A DNA stretch of 63,994 nucleotides, counting the filler, from Stramenopiles sp. TOSAG23-2 (taxonomy: Eukaryota): assembly GCA_900128395.1 (NCBI GenBank). It is 3 parts of 3 records of this genome, joined end to end, with 100 filler letters (N's around TTAATTAATTAA, not from the genome) between each part and the next. Parts side by side here need not be neighbours in the genome. Positions count along the whole stretch, not along the records: positions 1 to 21,953 come from LT649521.1; positions 22,054 to 43,986 come from LT649522.1; 1 more part is not named here. The stretch is one strand, 5' to 3'. The translations under genes were made by a program, and so were the position numbers. Below the pieces are notes generated by a model. The model was given only the letters and a program-made list of their open reading frames with translations, was not told the DNA's origin and searched no databases. Position 1 is the stretch's first letter, and every line of letters begins with the position of its first letter. Below are positions 10,740 through 23,470 of the stretch, piece by piece.

Positions 10740-12323
10740 TCAATCCTCCTCATCTTCCAACTCGTCCAAATCAATCGTATCCTCATCATCTTCATCATCA
10801 TCATCCATTTCATCCAAATTAATTTCATCCTCATCATCTTGCTCTTGGTTTTCATCATAATCATCTTCTTCCTCATCATCTTCATCAACACCTTGTGCAA
10901 AATGTTGTTTTGCTTCCGCATCCATTGCACGTCTACGTTCTAACTCTCGTTCACGTTGCAAGCGCTGTCTCTCTTCTGGAGAAAAATCATCATCGTCATC
11001 AACATCATCATCATTCTTTCCTCCTCCAGTTGAACCTTGCTGTTTTTTCTTCTTTTTCTCATCTTTACGTTTTTGTTTTCTCATATGCTCACGTTTTAAA
11101 CGCGCACGCCTTTCTTTAGGAGTTTCCTCTTTGTTACTGCTACTAGTTGTAGACGAACCACGCTTTCGTTTTCTTTTATATTTTTTATTCTGATTTCTAC
11201 GATAACTTTTACGCTTTTGTATTATTGGTTCACCTTTGACTAATTTCATATCTAACGTATTCACAATTTTATCACTGTTTTTCGTATCTTTTAATTGCTC
11301 CAGAAAATACGATGGTGATGGTGGTTCGCCTAACATTGATATTTGTTTCAATGCTAGTTGTCGTGTATTGCTTTTGTCCTTCTTCTTATCATCTTCAGAA
11401 TCTTCATTATTATTATTATTATTATTGCTATCAGTATTCACATACTTTAAACCAACTATCAAAGCTTCACCTTTTGTTAATTCATCTTTTGGTATTTTTA
11501 CCAATCGTTTCATTTTATTTTTTTTCTTACTTTTTTTTTCATTATTATCCCCATCCTCCTTGTTTTCATCTCCCACGTGTTTGCCAACTAATCGATATCG
11601 CTCATTATTCAATGTGCAAAATCGAAGCAACCTATGTTCATTCATTAAATGAGCTAAATTTCGCTTATTCACATCTGATAATGTACCATTAACGATCAAC
11701 AAAACATTCCCATGTTTTCTTTTTGTACAATATTTGAACGTTTTATCATCAGTTATACGTCCATATCGAAGTTGTACAAGTTCCTTCGTCCACGCCAGTA
11801 AAGATTCTTTGACACTTGTATCAGTCAAATATCCAAAAGGAACTTGTTTTGGCTTCTTATTCCCGTTGTAAAAAACTAGCGCAAGGTGTTTCTTTGATTT
11901 TTTTGGCAAAGGCTTAATTTTAAAGCGTTCTAAAGTTGTTTTACCACTTGGCAATTTTGCATTACAATCTAATATTGCTGTATTAAACTCACGACTGTAA
12001 CTAACACTTCTAGCAACTTGTTCAAATGTAGAGTGTACAGCATCGATTCCATTGTTACACAATACTAAATAGGGCTTACCGCTGAAAAAGATTTCTTTTA
12101 ACTTTGCTGGATCATCAACAGATAATTTAATGTAGTTTGGTACGAACCAGGTATATACTACTAATACAAATTGAGAAAGACCAAGTCCAAAAATAAATAA
12201 AAATGCATAACCAATTTGTCGTCTTCTTTTTTCACTTTTCGATTCTTCTTTTTTCGACAGCAACGGACCTTTTTCCGACCTTCTTGATTCCCTGCGCATT
12301 TTCTTACTACTATTACTATTCAT
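10740..12323 (-). CDS. Single-pass membrane protein of unknown function with basic region and acidic tail
   Basis: 527-aa ORF with a TM near aa 37-60, a globular region with DCNAKLPSGKT, and a K/R-rich then D/E-rich C-terminus. Confidence 0.7.
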   Translation of the reverse strand: MNSNSSKKMRRESRRSEKGPLLSKKEESKSEKRRRQIGYAFLFIFGLGLSQFVLVVYTWFVPNYIKLSVDDPAKLKEIFFSGKPYLVLCNNGIDAVHSTFEQVARSVSYSREFNTAILDCNAKLPSGKTTLERFKIKPLPKKSKKHLALVFYNGNKKPKQVPFGYLTDTSVKESLLAWTKELVQLRYGRITDDKTFKYCTKRKHGNVLLIVNGTLSDVNKRNLAHLMNEHRLLRFCTLNNERYRLVGKHVGDENKEDGDNNEKKSKKKNKMKRLVKIPKDELTKGEALIVGLKYVNTDSNNNNNNNEDSEDDKKKDKSNTRQLALKQISMLGEPPSPSYFLEQLKDTKNSDKIVNTLDMKLVKGEPIIQKRKSYRRNQNKKYKRKRKRGSSTTSSSNKEETPKERRARLKREHMRKQKRKDEKKKKKQQGSTGGGKNDDDVDDDDDFSPEERQRLQRERELERRRAMDAEAKQHFAQGVDEDDEEEDDYDENQEQDDEDEINLDEMDDDDEDDEDTIDLDELEDEED

Positions 12324-13333
12324 GATTATGCTTAAATATTATACTATATTGTATATATTGTATATATACGATTGTTTCCCATCGCCGACCTTCTTGATTC
12401 CCTGCGCATTTTCTTACTACTATTACTATTCATGATTATGCTTAAATATTATACTATATTGTATATATTGTATATATACGATTGTTTCCCATCGTATCCA
12501 TGTTTGATCTATATATATCTATTCTATATATTCAATATTGTATTCGATCTCCGCTCTCCATCACATCATCGTGATGCTCCTCTCCTCTCGCTCTCCGCTT
12601 CCATCCCAGCTCCCATGATATTGGCAGCATATTATTGTAACACTATTCACTATGGGAAAAAATATCGTTTTCTAAATAAATAGCTGGTGATGTGATAGCT
12701 TTTTGTAGGCAGCCTTTTTTTTTATCAGTTACTATAATAGTAATACTACTATATTATTAATATAGTACTAATTATAATTAGAATAATACCTGTTGTGGCC
12801 CTGGTATTATTTTTAATATTAACTAAAAACCTGTGATGAAATAGGTAAAGAAATACCTTGTTGGTATTTATACTGTATCTGGCTATCCAGCTATAAAAAA
12901 TAATATACTATTATCATAACTAACCTAAACCAGCACAGCAGCAATAATAATAATAATAATAATAATACATCTATTATTTATATTGAACTAAAATAAAAAA
13001 ATCTTAATAATCTTACATACATCATATATATGCAATAAATACATTCAAAAATAGTAAACAGAGACGAAATAAAATCAAAGCAACCTCTGCATAGCTTAGT
13101 ATCAAAACGGTAAAAGCAAAAAATAGTTTTTTGTGTCTGTCTTTTGTTGAATCACAAATATTAATATTATAATATATTTTTAAAATAGAAATAATAACAT
13201 AAAAGAAGAATTAATAATATAAAGAACGCTTATAAATAATAATGAATACAAATCCAATATAACAACAAAAAACTGTAAATAAATAGTAAAGTATACATTG
13301 GTCCATTATTACGTGTTGCATTTAAGAATCTAA

Positions 13334-16300
13334 ATGTTGGGTATTTTCAACTTCTTGGGTAATGCGGAAGAAGCCAAAGATGATGATAATTTAATCAATG
13401 AAAGTCCAGAAGCTGATGAGTTTGAATATTTAGCAGAACTTAGTCCAGAAGCTTTGTTAGAAGTAGAACGAGAGAGAAAAGAGAAAGAAGACAGAGAGAA
13501 AGAAGAAAGGGAGAAAAAAGAAAAAGAGGAACATGAGAAAGCTGCACAAGAGGCTGGTTCTTTCAATATTTTTGGGCCGGTTTTTTCACTCTTAACACCG
13601 GAAGAACCGGAAGCTAAAAAAAAACGTAGTTCCTTTACAGAACTAGCTAATGCAGATGAGGCAAAATTGGAAAAAATATTTAAACAAATTGATGCAGACG
13701 ATTCAAAAACAATTGATATAAATGAATTTAAATCTTTTATAAAGCAGGCACAAGATGCAGAATCTTTGGCAGATCTTGGCATTAGCGATAGTACTAACGA
13801 TGCAGAAAATGCGGAAAAACAAATGGCAGCATCAAAGAAAAAGTTGGAAGATGCATTGAAGAATGGTGCTGATCCAGCGACCATTGAGAAGCTGAAAGAA
13901 TCTACAGTGGACGGGGAAAAGATGGCAGCATCAAAAAAAGCATTGGAAGATGCAGTAAAAAGTGGTGCTGATTCAGCGACTATTCAAAAGCTTCAACAAT
14001 CTTTGGAAGCTGAAAGGAAGCTACAAAAACTTGTACATAGTAAAACCAATGGTGAGAAAGAATTCGATGCATCAAAGAAAGCTTTAGCAGCAGCAATAAA
14101 TAGTGGTGCTGGGCCAAAAATCGTTGCAAAACTTAAAAAAGATATGGAAAAGGGATTAAGAAAGAAAAAAGCTAAGGCAGAAAAACTTCGAGATGCTGCA
14201 AAAACAATTGCAAAGTTTAAAACACGCTTACACTCACTTGAAGAAAATGTAAATAATAAATCATATGTTGCTCACTTAAATGACAAAATGGAAAAAAAAG
14301 TAAGGATTGAAGCGGAACATGCAATTTCAGAGGCAATAATGTATTGCGCAGATCCGTCCATCGTTGCCAAATTAAAAAAAGATTTAAAAAAATTAGAGAA
14401 ACAGTCTAATGATCGAGCTATCTTAGCAAAAATTATAACAAAAAATTTAAAAGAAAAAAGTATAATCGTTATACAAAAATACATTCGATGTAAACTAAAT
14501 GTTATTCAATATAAAATATTGCTACTTAAGAAAAAGCACAATGCAAGTGCAATAACTATACAAAGATTTGCACGTAGGTTTTTGTGGTTTCGATTTTTAA
14601 AAGTTCATGTACAGAATAAAAAAAAAAGCAAAAGTGCAATAGTTATACAACGACTAGTTCGGCGTTATTTTTGGATAGAATTTTTAAAGAAATTCTGGCT
14701 GAAACATGCTTTAGAAACACAAAAGCTAGAAGCGACAATTCAAATCCAAAGTTTTCGACGAATAATATTGGCAAAGCGATTATTATCGATTAAACGAAAA
14801 CATTATTCAAGCGCATCTATAATTCAAGGTTTAGTCCGTCGATATTTCTGGTTTGTATTTTTCAAAAAATTTTGGCTCAACCAAGAGCTTGAAAAGAAGA
14901 AAATCAATGCAGCTATGATAATACAAGGATTTCGAAAAATAATTAAAGCAAAAGAAGCGTATATGATGCTCTTTAGAGAAAAACAAATAATCGATGCTGC
15001 TAGTATAATTCAAGGTTTTAAAAAAATAATCGATTCTAAACAAATTCTATTACAAAAAAAAACGGGAAAAATGCATGAAGCGGCCCGCGTACTCCAAAGC
15101 TTTCAGAGAATTGTTGCTGCAAAAATAGTGGTGCGAAGATTAAAGAAACGGCACGATAGCGCGTCCGTAATTCAACGGGTAGTTCGGAGATATTATTGGT
15201 TCCATTTTCTAAAGAAAATTTGGTTGCCAGTAGAGCTTGAAAGGCAGAAATTGCATGCAATTATTCGACTGCAAGCAAATTATTCCATTTTCTAAAGAAA
15301 ATTTGGTTGCCAGTAGAGCTTGAAAGGCAGAAATTGCATGCAATTATTCGACTGCAAGCAAATTATCGAATGCATCAGGCATGCAATGAGTATCAGGTAA
15401 TGTTAAGGGCTGTTGAAACCATTCAACGCTCATTCTATGCACATAAACGACTAAAACTTCGTAATAACGTAGCAGCTACAAAGATACAAGGTCGTTTTCG
15501 AGTAATGAAAGCGCGAAAACAATTTGTACCAATGGTTATACATTACAGAAGGACATTGGCTGCTGTATCTTGCCAAAAAATTATCAGAAGTCACTTAGCA
15601 ACAAACAGATTTAAAATTTTGAAAGAGCTACATCTTATAAACTGTGCTGCATCAACAATTCAACGATGTTGGAAACAAAAGGAAGATTATAAAAAATTCA
15701 AATTGCTTTTACACTTTAGGATAACCGTTCGGGCAGCCACTCACCTTCAAGCAAACTTTCGAAGGCATCAAGTATATTGGAAGTATCAGGAAACTCTATG
15801 GGCAACAGAAAAAATTCAATGGATGTTTCGTGAATATAAATGGGCAAAAAAACGTTTGATGTCAAGTGAATATGTCTTGTTAAAATCAAAAGCAGTTTCT
15901 AGATGGCATAGCCGGACAAATATGTCGGTATTTGACACTGTACGCATGGCGGCAATTAAAATTCAAGCCAGATATCCAAAAGCAGTTTCTAGATGGCATA
16001 GCCGGACAAATATGTCGGTATTTGACACTGTACGCATGGCGGCAATTAAAATTCAAGCCAGATATCGTGGTATTTTTGGAAGAAGGTTATTTAAAAGAGT
16101 GAAGGAAGAAATGCGCATTAAAGAGGAATTGATGATCAAGGAAAAAAAGGAAAATAGTGTGGAAAATGTTTATGTGTCTAAGAAAGAACATCGAATGTAT
16201 AGAAACATGTTGGCAAAGAAATACGACAATTGTGCAGTTGAAGAGCAAATTAATTATTTTCTATTTTCTGAATGTGTATTAATCATACAGTCGATGTATA

Positions 16301-19260
16301 GGAAGTACTTAATGCGAAGATGGTTCAATAAATATCGTTTGTATTACAGCAAACATTTAAAAGAGATTATTGCCCTTCAAGCAAATGTACGTAAATATTT
16401 TGCAAGGAAAAGATACATAAAAGATCTTGCTCAGGCTGTAAAATACATTGTTTGCATTCAGCGTAACTTTAGAATGCGTCGTTTTATCATGTCGTTGACA
16501 AAACGACGAAAGGCGAGAGTTAATTTACAACGATATGTTCGAAAATATGTTTATCAATTAAGATATCATAAAAGAAAAATGGCTGGATTCGTCATTCAAC
16601 GATTATTTAAGAAAATTTTGGCGAGGTTTTGGAAAAACAAATTCGTTTGGGGGGTATCTACATTACAATACCATTTACGCTCATACTTGGTCCGATGCCG
16701 GTTTGTAAATATTAGAAAACACACGGTAAAATTGCAAGCTATTACTAGGCGGTATTTAGCTCAGAAAGCACGAGTGAAAAAGCTCCAAGCAGTGCAATTG
16801 ATTCAAAACAAATTGCGTGCATTTGCAGGCAGAAACGGTTATTTAAAGCGTTTAAATCAAATTCTCAACATTCAACGCACTTATCGCAATTATGTATTGC
16901 GCAAATTAATATGTCGTATACAGCATTTTGTTAGAGTAAAATTTGTGTTTTCCAATCGGTTAGCTGACATTTTTCGGTTAGCATGTTTTCAAAAACATGC
17001 TGATAAAATTATTCTTGTGCAAAAAACATACAGGGGCAAGCGCATAAGGCGAATATTGCATCGAAATAAAATGGAAGAAATTGCTTACAAAGCATGTTAT
17101 GAATGTAGAAAAAGTCAACTGTTCCAAGAAATTAAATTAGAAAGCAAGGCGGTAGCCAAAATACAAAAGTGCAAAAGGATGCATCATCTAATTACTTTGC
17201 CAATTTTATGTTTGGAAATATCAAATTATCATATTTTGAGAAACGAACACCGTAAAGAAGCAGAGGAAGGAGCGCAATTAGTCCATAAATATAAAGCAAG
17301 GTGTGCATCGAAGATACAACGCGTGATTAGAAAACACTATAGAGGTTTCTTTAGAAAACGGGAGTTGGTTCGGCTTCAATCTATTGAAATTATACAAATT
17401 GCATGGAGGAAGTATAAGATAAGATGCATAGAAAAAGAGAAGGAAAGAAAAATATTAGAAGCAATTCAGCCTAAAAAAGGCGAAGAAGATAGAATGCAAA
17501 AAATAAAATCAAAACGTTTGAATATATTAAATCACATTTTTGGTGGTAGTGGTAAAAGTAGTGACGCAAATAACAATAATAACCGTAGTATCAACAGAAA
17601 TAAAGAAACACAGAAAAATAATATAATTTTAGAACAAAAAATACAAGTGGAACAAAAAGTAGACAAAGGTAAACGACATGATATATCTATGACAGAAGAA
17701 GTAGATTTTATAGAAAAAAAAGCCGAAGAAGAAAATACAAAGAGTGATACAGTATTACTAGACAATAGCAATGAAAATAGAAGCAGGACTGAAAGCATTT
17801 CTTCTGCTTCATCCGGCTCAACTGGAAATGGTTCATCAATTGGTTCCTCCGTACAATCCTATTTAAATGAATATGTAAACTCAATATGGTATAAATATGA
17901 TAACAATAACAGTGGTTTTATTGGTGTTGATAATACAAAACAAATGATGATTGAAGTTACTAATAATAAAATAGAAATCAATTTACAAGATGTGAAGAAA
18001 TTCATAAATCGATTTGATACAACAAGTGGGTTAAGTGGAGAATTACCAACCATTACAATACAAGAATTAATACAAGCTATTGAAAATGGCTTAAGTAATA
18101 ATAATAACAATAATAGACAAAAAGGCAAAAGCAACCGATTTGAAAATATGCTTGCTACTTTTTTCAGTAGTATCGAAGAAAAATTAGAAAGTTTACGTCA
18201 AAAAAAGGTCGATGGTATTAGAAGATTCCTGGACTATATTTGGAAGAAATATGATACAGATGAAAGTGGCTTTATTGAGGCAGATGAAACAAAACAAATG
18301 TTAGAGGATGTAACTGGGCAAAATGAAACAATGAGTAAACAAGATGTTGCAACATTTTTAAAAAGTGTTACTTCCAGTGAATCAATTACGAAAAGTGAAT
18401 TATATGATTTTATATGTGGTGGAATAAAAATGAGCAAACCACTTCGTCTTGAATATCGTAGACGAAGCAAAATGCATCAATTAATAGTAGAATTCTTTGA
18501 TGGTATAGACAGACAAAGAATTGCATTTAAAATGAGCAAACCACTTCGTCTTGAATATCGTAGACGAAGCAAAATGCATCAATTAATAGTAGAATTCTTT
18601 GATGGTATAGACAGACAAAGAATTGCATTTGACAATGATGGAAAGCATCAAGAAATAGATGGCATGGCCAAAAAGAGTGTAGAACAAAAAACTACACACT
18701 CTGGTGAGGGTGGGGTGGCAAAAGAAAAGGAAGATGGTAATGGAAATGAAAAGCCATCACTGGAACCAGTTACCAGCAGTAAATTTCAAGTTGGTGCAAT
18801 CGTAAGGGTTACCTCATTCAATTGGAATGGCATATACGTCGGTCACATTGGAAGAGTAAATGATGGTGCCGCAACATACCAAGTTTCATTCGAAGATAAT
18901 ACTGTTGATGAAGCTGTAGAAGAGGAAAATATATTAGAATATGTAGAAAAATGGGAAGTTGGAGATAAAGTTGTTGTTATACTAGATGAATGGGAGGACA
19001 ATTTTATTGGTGAAATAACAGAATCAAACAATGCAATAGATTATAAAAAGCAAAGGTACACAATATATGTAGAAAAATGGGAAGTTGGAGATAAAGTTGT
19101 TGTTATACTAGATGAATGGGAGGACAATTTTATTGGTGAAATAACAGAATCAAACAATGCAATAGATTATAAAAAGCAAAGGTACACAATATATTTTGAT
19201 ACCGATGATACAATTGAACATGATGTAACATATCATTGTATAATAGCAAAAATCAGTTGA
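13334..19260 (+). CDS. Giant IQ-motif protein with EF-hands and C-terminal Tudor-like domains (one gene split by an 83-bp duplication)
   Basis: EF-hand DADDSKTIDINE, dozens of IQxxxR motifs, EF-hand-like YDTDESGFIEADE and Tudor-like FQVGAIVRV/WEVGDKVVV. Removing the 15200-15282 duplicate puts ORFs 13334 and 15307 in the same frame. Confidence 0.82.
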
Positions 19261-19793
19261 AAAAATAGCTTTGACGATGATTAATCTTTCTACAATAAAA
19301 AAAAATATACGTTCGTATTAGAAAAAGAGAGTGTTGATGCATCATAGAGAGAGTTTTAAAAGAGTAATTTAAATATTTGAGATATTACCAACCAGTTATA
19401 ATATGATGAAACTTTTTATTTATGTGTCACGGTCTTCATATTATTATCACCTTTAGAATCACTGTTATTGTTCTTTAAATATTCAGGAAAGTCTGCATCA
19501 TCTTGGCTACCTCCTCTAATTCTGCCTAATTTTCCGTTGGCTGATTGGCTCAAAAAAAAATATACGTTCGTATTAGAAAAAGAGAGTGTTGATGCATCAT
19601 AGAGAGAGGCGAAGTTGCAGAGTTTTAAAAGAGTAATTTAAATATTTGAGATATTACCAACCAGTTATAATATGATGAAACTTTTTATTTATGTGTCACG
19701 GTCTTCATATTATTATCACCTTTAGAATCACTGTTATTGTTCTTTTTTAAATATTTGAGATATTACCAACCAGTTATAATATGATGAAACTTT

Positions 19794-20237
19794 TTATTTA
19801 TGTGTCACGGTCTTCATATTATTATCACCTTTAGAATCACTGTTATTGTTCTTTAAATATTCAGGAAAGTCTGCGTCATCTTGGCTACCTCCTCTAATTC
19901 TGCCTAATTTTCCGTTGGCTGATTGGCTCAATTGTTTAGCTTTGTTAAAATTTTCTAATGATTTCCAATACATTCTATTTTGTAAAGACGTTAAAGCTGA
20001 TAATAAAGCGTTTCTATTTGTTTCGTTCTCTACAATTCCACGTATATCCCCCTCGTCCATCGCCAATGCTTGCTTTCCATCAATGTTCTCAGCTATGATT
20101 TTTTTTATTACAAAATCTGGCATGTTATTTATTTTTGCATAGTCAACTAACTGCTTTGTATCCATTAATTTTATTTCTTCATCAGTCGGAGCTTTCATAA
20201 ACTCCGTCGACCCGTTGGCAGAAGCACCGGCACCCAT
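19794..20237 (-). CDS. Small N-myristoylated SAM-like domain protein
   Basis: MGAGAS myristoylation consensus and SAM-like ENIDGKQALAMDEGDI. The 3' end is re-duplicated at about 19297-19790. Confidence 0.6.
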   Translation of the reverse strand: MGAGASANGSTEFMKAPTDEEIKLMDTKQLVDYAKINNMPDFVIKKIIAENIDGKQALAMDEGDIRGIVENETNRNALLSALTSLQNRMYWKSLENFNKAKQLSQSANGKLGRIRGGSQDDADFPEYLKNNNSDSKGDNNMKTVTHK

Positions 20238-20407
20238 AATAAGGAAATTTTACAAAGGTATATATATATATACACGTATAGTGCTATAACAATTTGTATA
20301 TATGTAAGAATCTCAAGATACCTTGATGACAAAGCTTCTCTTACACAGTAATCGTATAACGAATATTTTGCAATAAATAATTGGTTTAAAAACTATGATT
20401 TATGAAT

Positions 20408-20438
<31 letters not shown>

Positions 20439-21023
20439 TTCCATTCTTTGCATTCTCTTCTCCTTCCACCAATATATTATATGTAAAATAATAATTAAAA
20501 AAAACGTGTTGTTCGATCATTTATTGTTGCCACTGTTCCAATGATGTGTTAATATTTATATTCGTGTGCTGTGCGCCTACTATAATACTTTTTTTTTTCA
20601 AACGGTTACGGTAGAATACTGGAATAGTCTAGGTAGAACTCACAATCTGCGTCATAAAAGAAACTGTGTGTTGTGTGTTATTGTATTATACCACGTATTG
20701 TATTATATATACAGGTATATGGTATATGTATACTTATGTTTGCTTATGGGGGAAAAAAATTTATATATTTTACAATCATCGCACATTCCATTCAAATGAC
20801 ACTACATCATCTCTCTTCTACTCACAAAAAAATGAAGAGAGACAAGCTGTAAAATACTTAATATGTATATACGTATCGCAGAGATATTACACGAGCAAAT
20901 GTTATTTGATTTAATGCAATAGCTTCCACAGCTTTTTCGGGATTTTTATAGGTGAAATTGGTGGTGATTCAGGACGAATATATACGTATCGCAGAGATAT
21001 TACACGAGCAAATGTTATTTGAT

Positions 21024-21938
21024 TTAATGCAATAGCTTCCACAGCTTTTTCGGGATTTTTATAGGTGAAATTGGTGGTGATTCAGGACGAACTCGGCTTA
21101 AGCCATACATATAATCGTCCAAATCATATATTTGTTGATCTTCCTCTCCTCCAGAGCTATAATAACCATCTATGGAATTATAGCTACTCATCTGTTGATG
21201 TGATAAAGAATTTAAAAATTTTGATGACGATGGAGAATTAGTTATCTTTGCGTTTTCTGATTGTGCTAATATTTTCAGCATATTCATTGAATTTTTAAAA
21301 TCACGATGAGATGCAAAAACAATTCTAACAGTATCGGCACTATCCCGGATAATTTTTTTAACGTTTTGATTCCAACATTTGAAGGTAGAACGAATACTTC
21401 CAGTTGCTGTAGTGAAGCTTAATCCTTTTATTGTAATTGTTCGCTTACGCCGATGCTCTTTTTCGATGGGATTCATTTTTTTTCGAATTATCGTTCTTAT
21501 TTTTTTTCTTTTTTTCTTTTTCTTTTTTGTCGTCTGTTTTTGGTTATCATTTTGTTGTATTTTAATATCTGGCCCAAAAATTGATGGCGGGCGAAAAAAT
21601 ACAACTAGTCCCCCATGATCCTCTTTGTCAATGTTGATATTTGGTATACTCTCCGTGGAGTTTGATCTATTCATACCCTTTACTGGTGATGTTAAAAGAC
21701 CCTCATTTGATTTAGCCGATTTTAAACGTTTTTTGCGTTTGCCTTTTCTTCCTCGTCGTGTTCCAGCTGTAGACGGTCGTTGTTTCCCCCCTTTGCGATT
21801 ATTATTTAGATATTCGGTTATAGATTTTTGATCGCGTAATTGTAAATTTGGTGCCGATGATGGTCTCTGTAAAGTTTTACTACCTTCGCCCTCTGAAGCT
21901 TGATACACCACACGTTCTTTTGGGTCAATGTTATCCAT
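21024..21938 (-). CDS. Basic low-complexity protein of unknown function (may be 5'-truncated by the contig end)
   Basis: 304-aa ORF with RPSSAP/RPSTAG motifs and K-rich tracts. It starts 15 bp from the gap. Confidence 0.55.
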   Translation of the reverse strand: MDNIDPKERVVYQASEGEGSKTLQRPSSAPNLQLRDQKSITEYLNNNRKGGKQRPSTAGTRRGRKGKRKKRLKSAKSNEGLLTSPVKGMNRSNSTESIPNINIDKEDHGGLVVFFRPPSIFGPDIKIQQNDNQKQTTKKKKKKRKKIRTIIRKKMNPIEKEHRRKRTITIKGLSFTTATGSIRSTFKCWNQNVKKIIRDSADTVRIVFASHRDFKNSMNMLKILAQSENAKITNSPSSSKFLNSLSHQQMSSYNSIDGYYSSGGEEDQQIYDLDDYMYGLSRVRPESPPISPIKIPKKLWKLLH

Positions 21939-21953
21939 AGAATATGATTTATT

Positions 21954-22053
21954 NNNNNNNNNNNNNNNNNNNNNNNNNNNNNNNNNNNNNNNNNNNNTTA
22001 ATTAATTAANNNNNNNNNNNNNNNNNNNNNNNNNNNNNNNNNNNNNNNNNNNN
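21954..22053. other. Artificial contig-joining spacer
   Basis: N44-TTAATTAATTAA-N44, with stop codons in all six frames. Confidence 0.98.
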
Positions 22054-22719
22054 GTTAGAGTACTTAAAACTATAGTATGGAGATTTTTTGTTGTTTTCTA
22101 TAGTAATGGATAATTTTTCCTATCAAGTGTTTTTAATATATCGAAATAGCATTATAAAATTAGCATGGACGTAGCACGTTCAACATTTTACTCGTGAAAA
22201 ATGTGTTTTTCTGCCATGTTTTCTGTTGTTCATTTCCTATCATATTTATACGTAATGTCGTCCTTTTCATATACTCAGTAGATTTGTAGTGTTTGCTATA
22301 TTTGATAGGTCATATTAGGTAGTTTTTGTACTTGAGACACGACTGACTTTTATCAAAAAAATAGATTGTTTTTAATAGGACAATTTTGTACTAATTATTA
22401 TACAAAAATCAAAATCCTAGATTTATTGTCGTTAAAATAAAACTACCGAAACATAACTTGTACACACATATATAAATTCATATTGATATACGGTATATAT
22501 ATATATATACATACATAAATAACAAATAGTAAAAGAACAATTTCATGACGCCCTTGTTTTTTGCTTGATTACAATAATAAATACATTTCCTGCCATAGAA
22601 ACATTGTCGTCGTCTATTTGGTTCTTTTTTCTTTTTTTTTATTTTATTGTCATTTTTGTGTGTTTGTATTTTTGTTTACAAAACTATATATTTGTATAAA
22701 TAATATACGGTATATCATC

Positions 22720-23470
22720 ATGTCATCGAAAGGGATGGTAGTGCAAGGGGAGGATGTAATACATGTAATAGATCAACCAACAGATAATAACAACAGCAAT
22801 ATATATAATGATAATAACGATGTAACATTATCACCCACGTTTATACATACCAAAGCAATAGAGGAACAACGTCCAACAAGTAGTACAGGGGATAGTGATT
22901 TCGATGGACATATATCGTTCTACAGCCATAGCAGACCAATTACCAGATGCGTTGAAACCGGCAACAGTGGTTACAAAAGATAATACAACAAGTAGCAATG
23001 CACCTCCCTTACCAAATACTAAATTGAATCCACCGAAAGTACCAGCAATTAATGCAGATGAAATGATCGCATCTTTAGTCGGTGGTACAGGCACAGCTGA
23101 TGATGGTAGTGCATCTGATGTTTCAGACGATAATTTGCCGGAAAATGAATTGCAACAAATATTACAAGAATCATTAAAACCATCTGGTACATCCAAAAAA
23201 TCAAAAATATTTAAAGTGAAAAGAAAGACGAAGAAAAAAAAGAAGAAATCTAGAAATAATTCAAAATCATCCACACCGTCTAGTTCATCTAGAAGAAAAG
23301 CTGCTGCTGCGGAGCTTTTAAAACAAGAAAATGATAATAAACAACGCCAATTGCAGATGCAACAACAGCAAAAAGAGCAGAAACTATTGATGAGAAAGTG
23401 TAGAGAGAGCAACACATACGAGTATATATTTAATTTACGCATAATTTATCTTGTTTTAATTTACTCATGA
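22720..23470 (+). pseudogene. Frameshifted/truncated low-complexity protein gene
   Basis: ATG at 22720 (MSSKGMVVQ). Coding-like sequence switches frame near 22900-22915 and ends abruptly near 23410 at a repeat element. Confidence 0.45.

Noticed and set aside
15200-15365. Programmed frameshift between the two IQ ORFs
   Set aside because: Fully explained by an exact 83-bp duplication.
21998-22009. TTAATTAATTAA palindrome as a biological site
   Set aside because: It is part of the synthetic spacer, repeated identically at 44031-44042.
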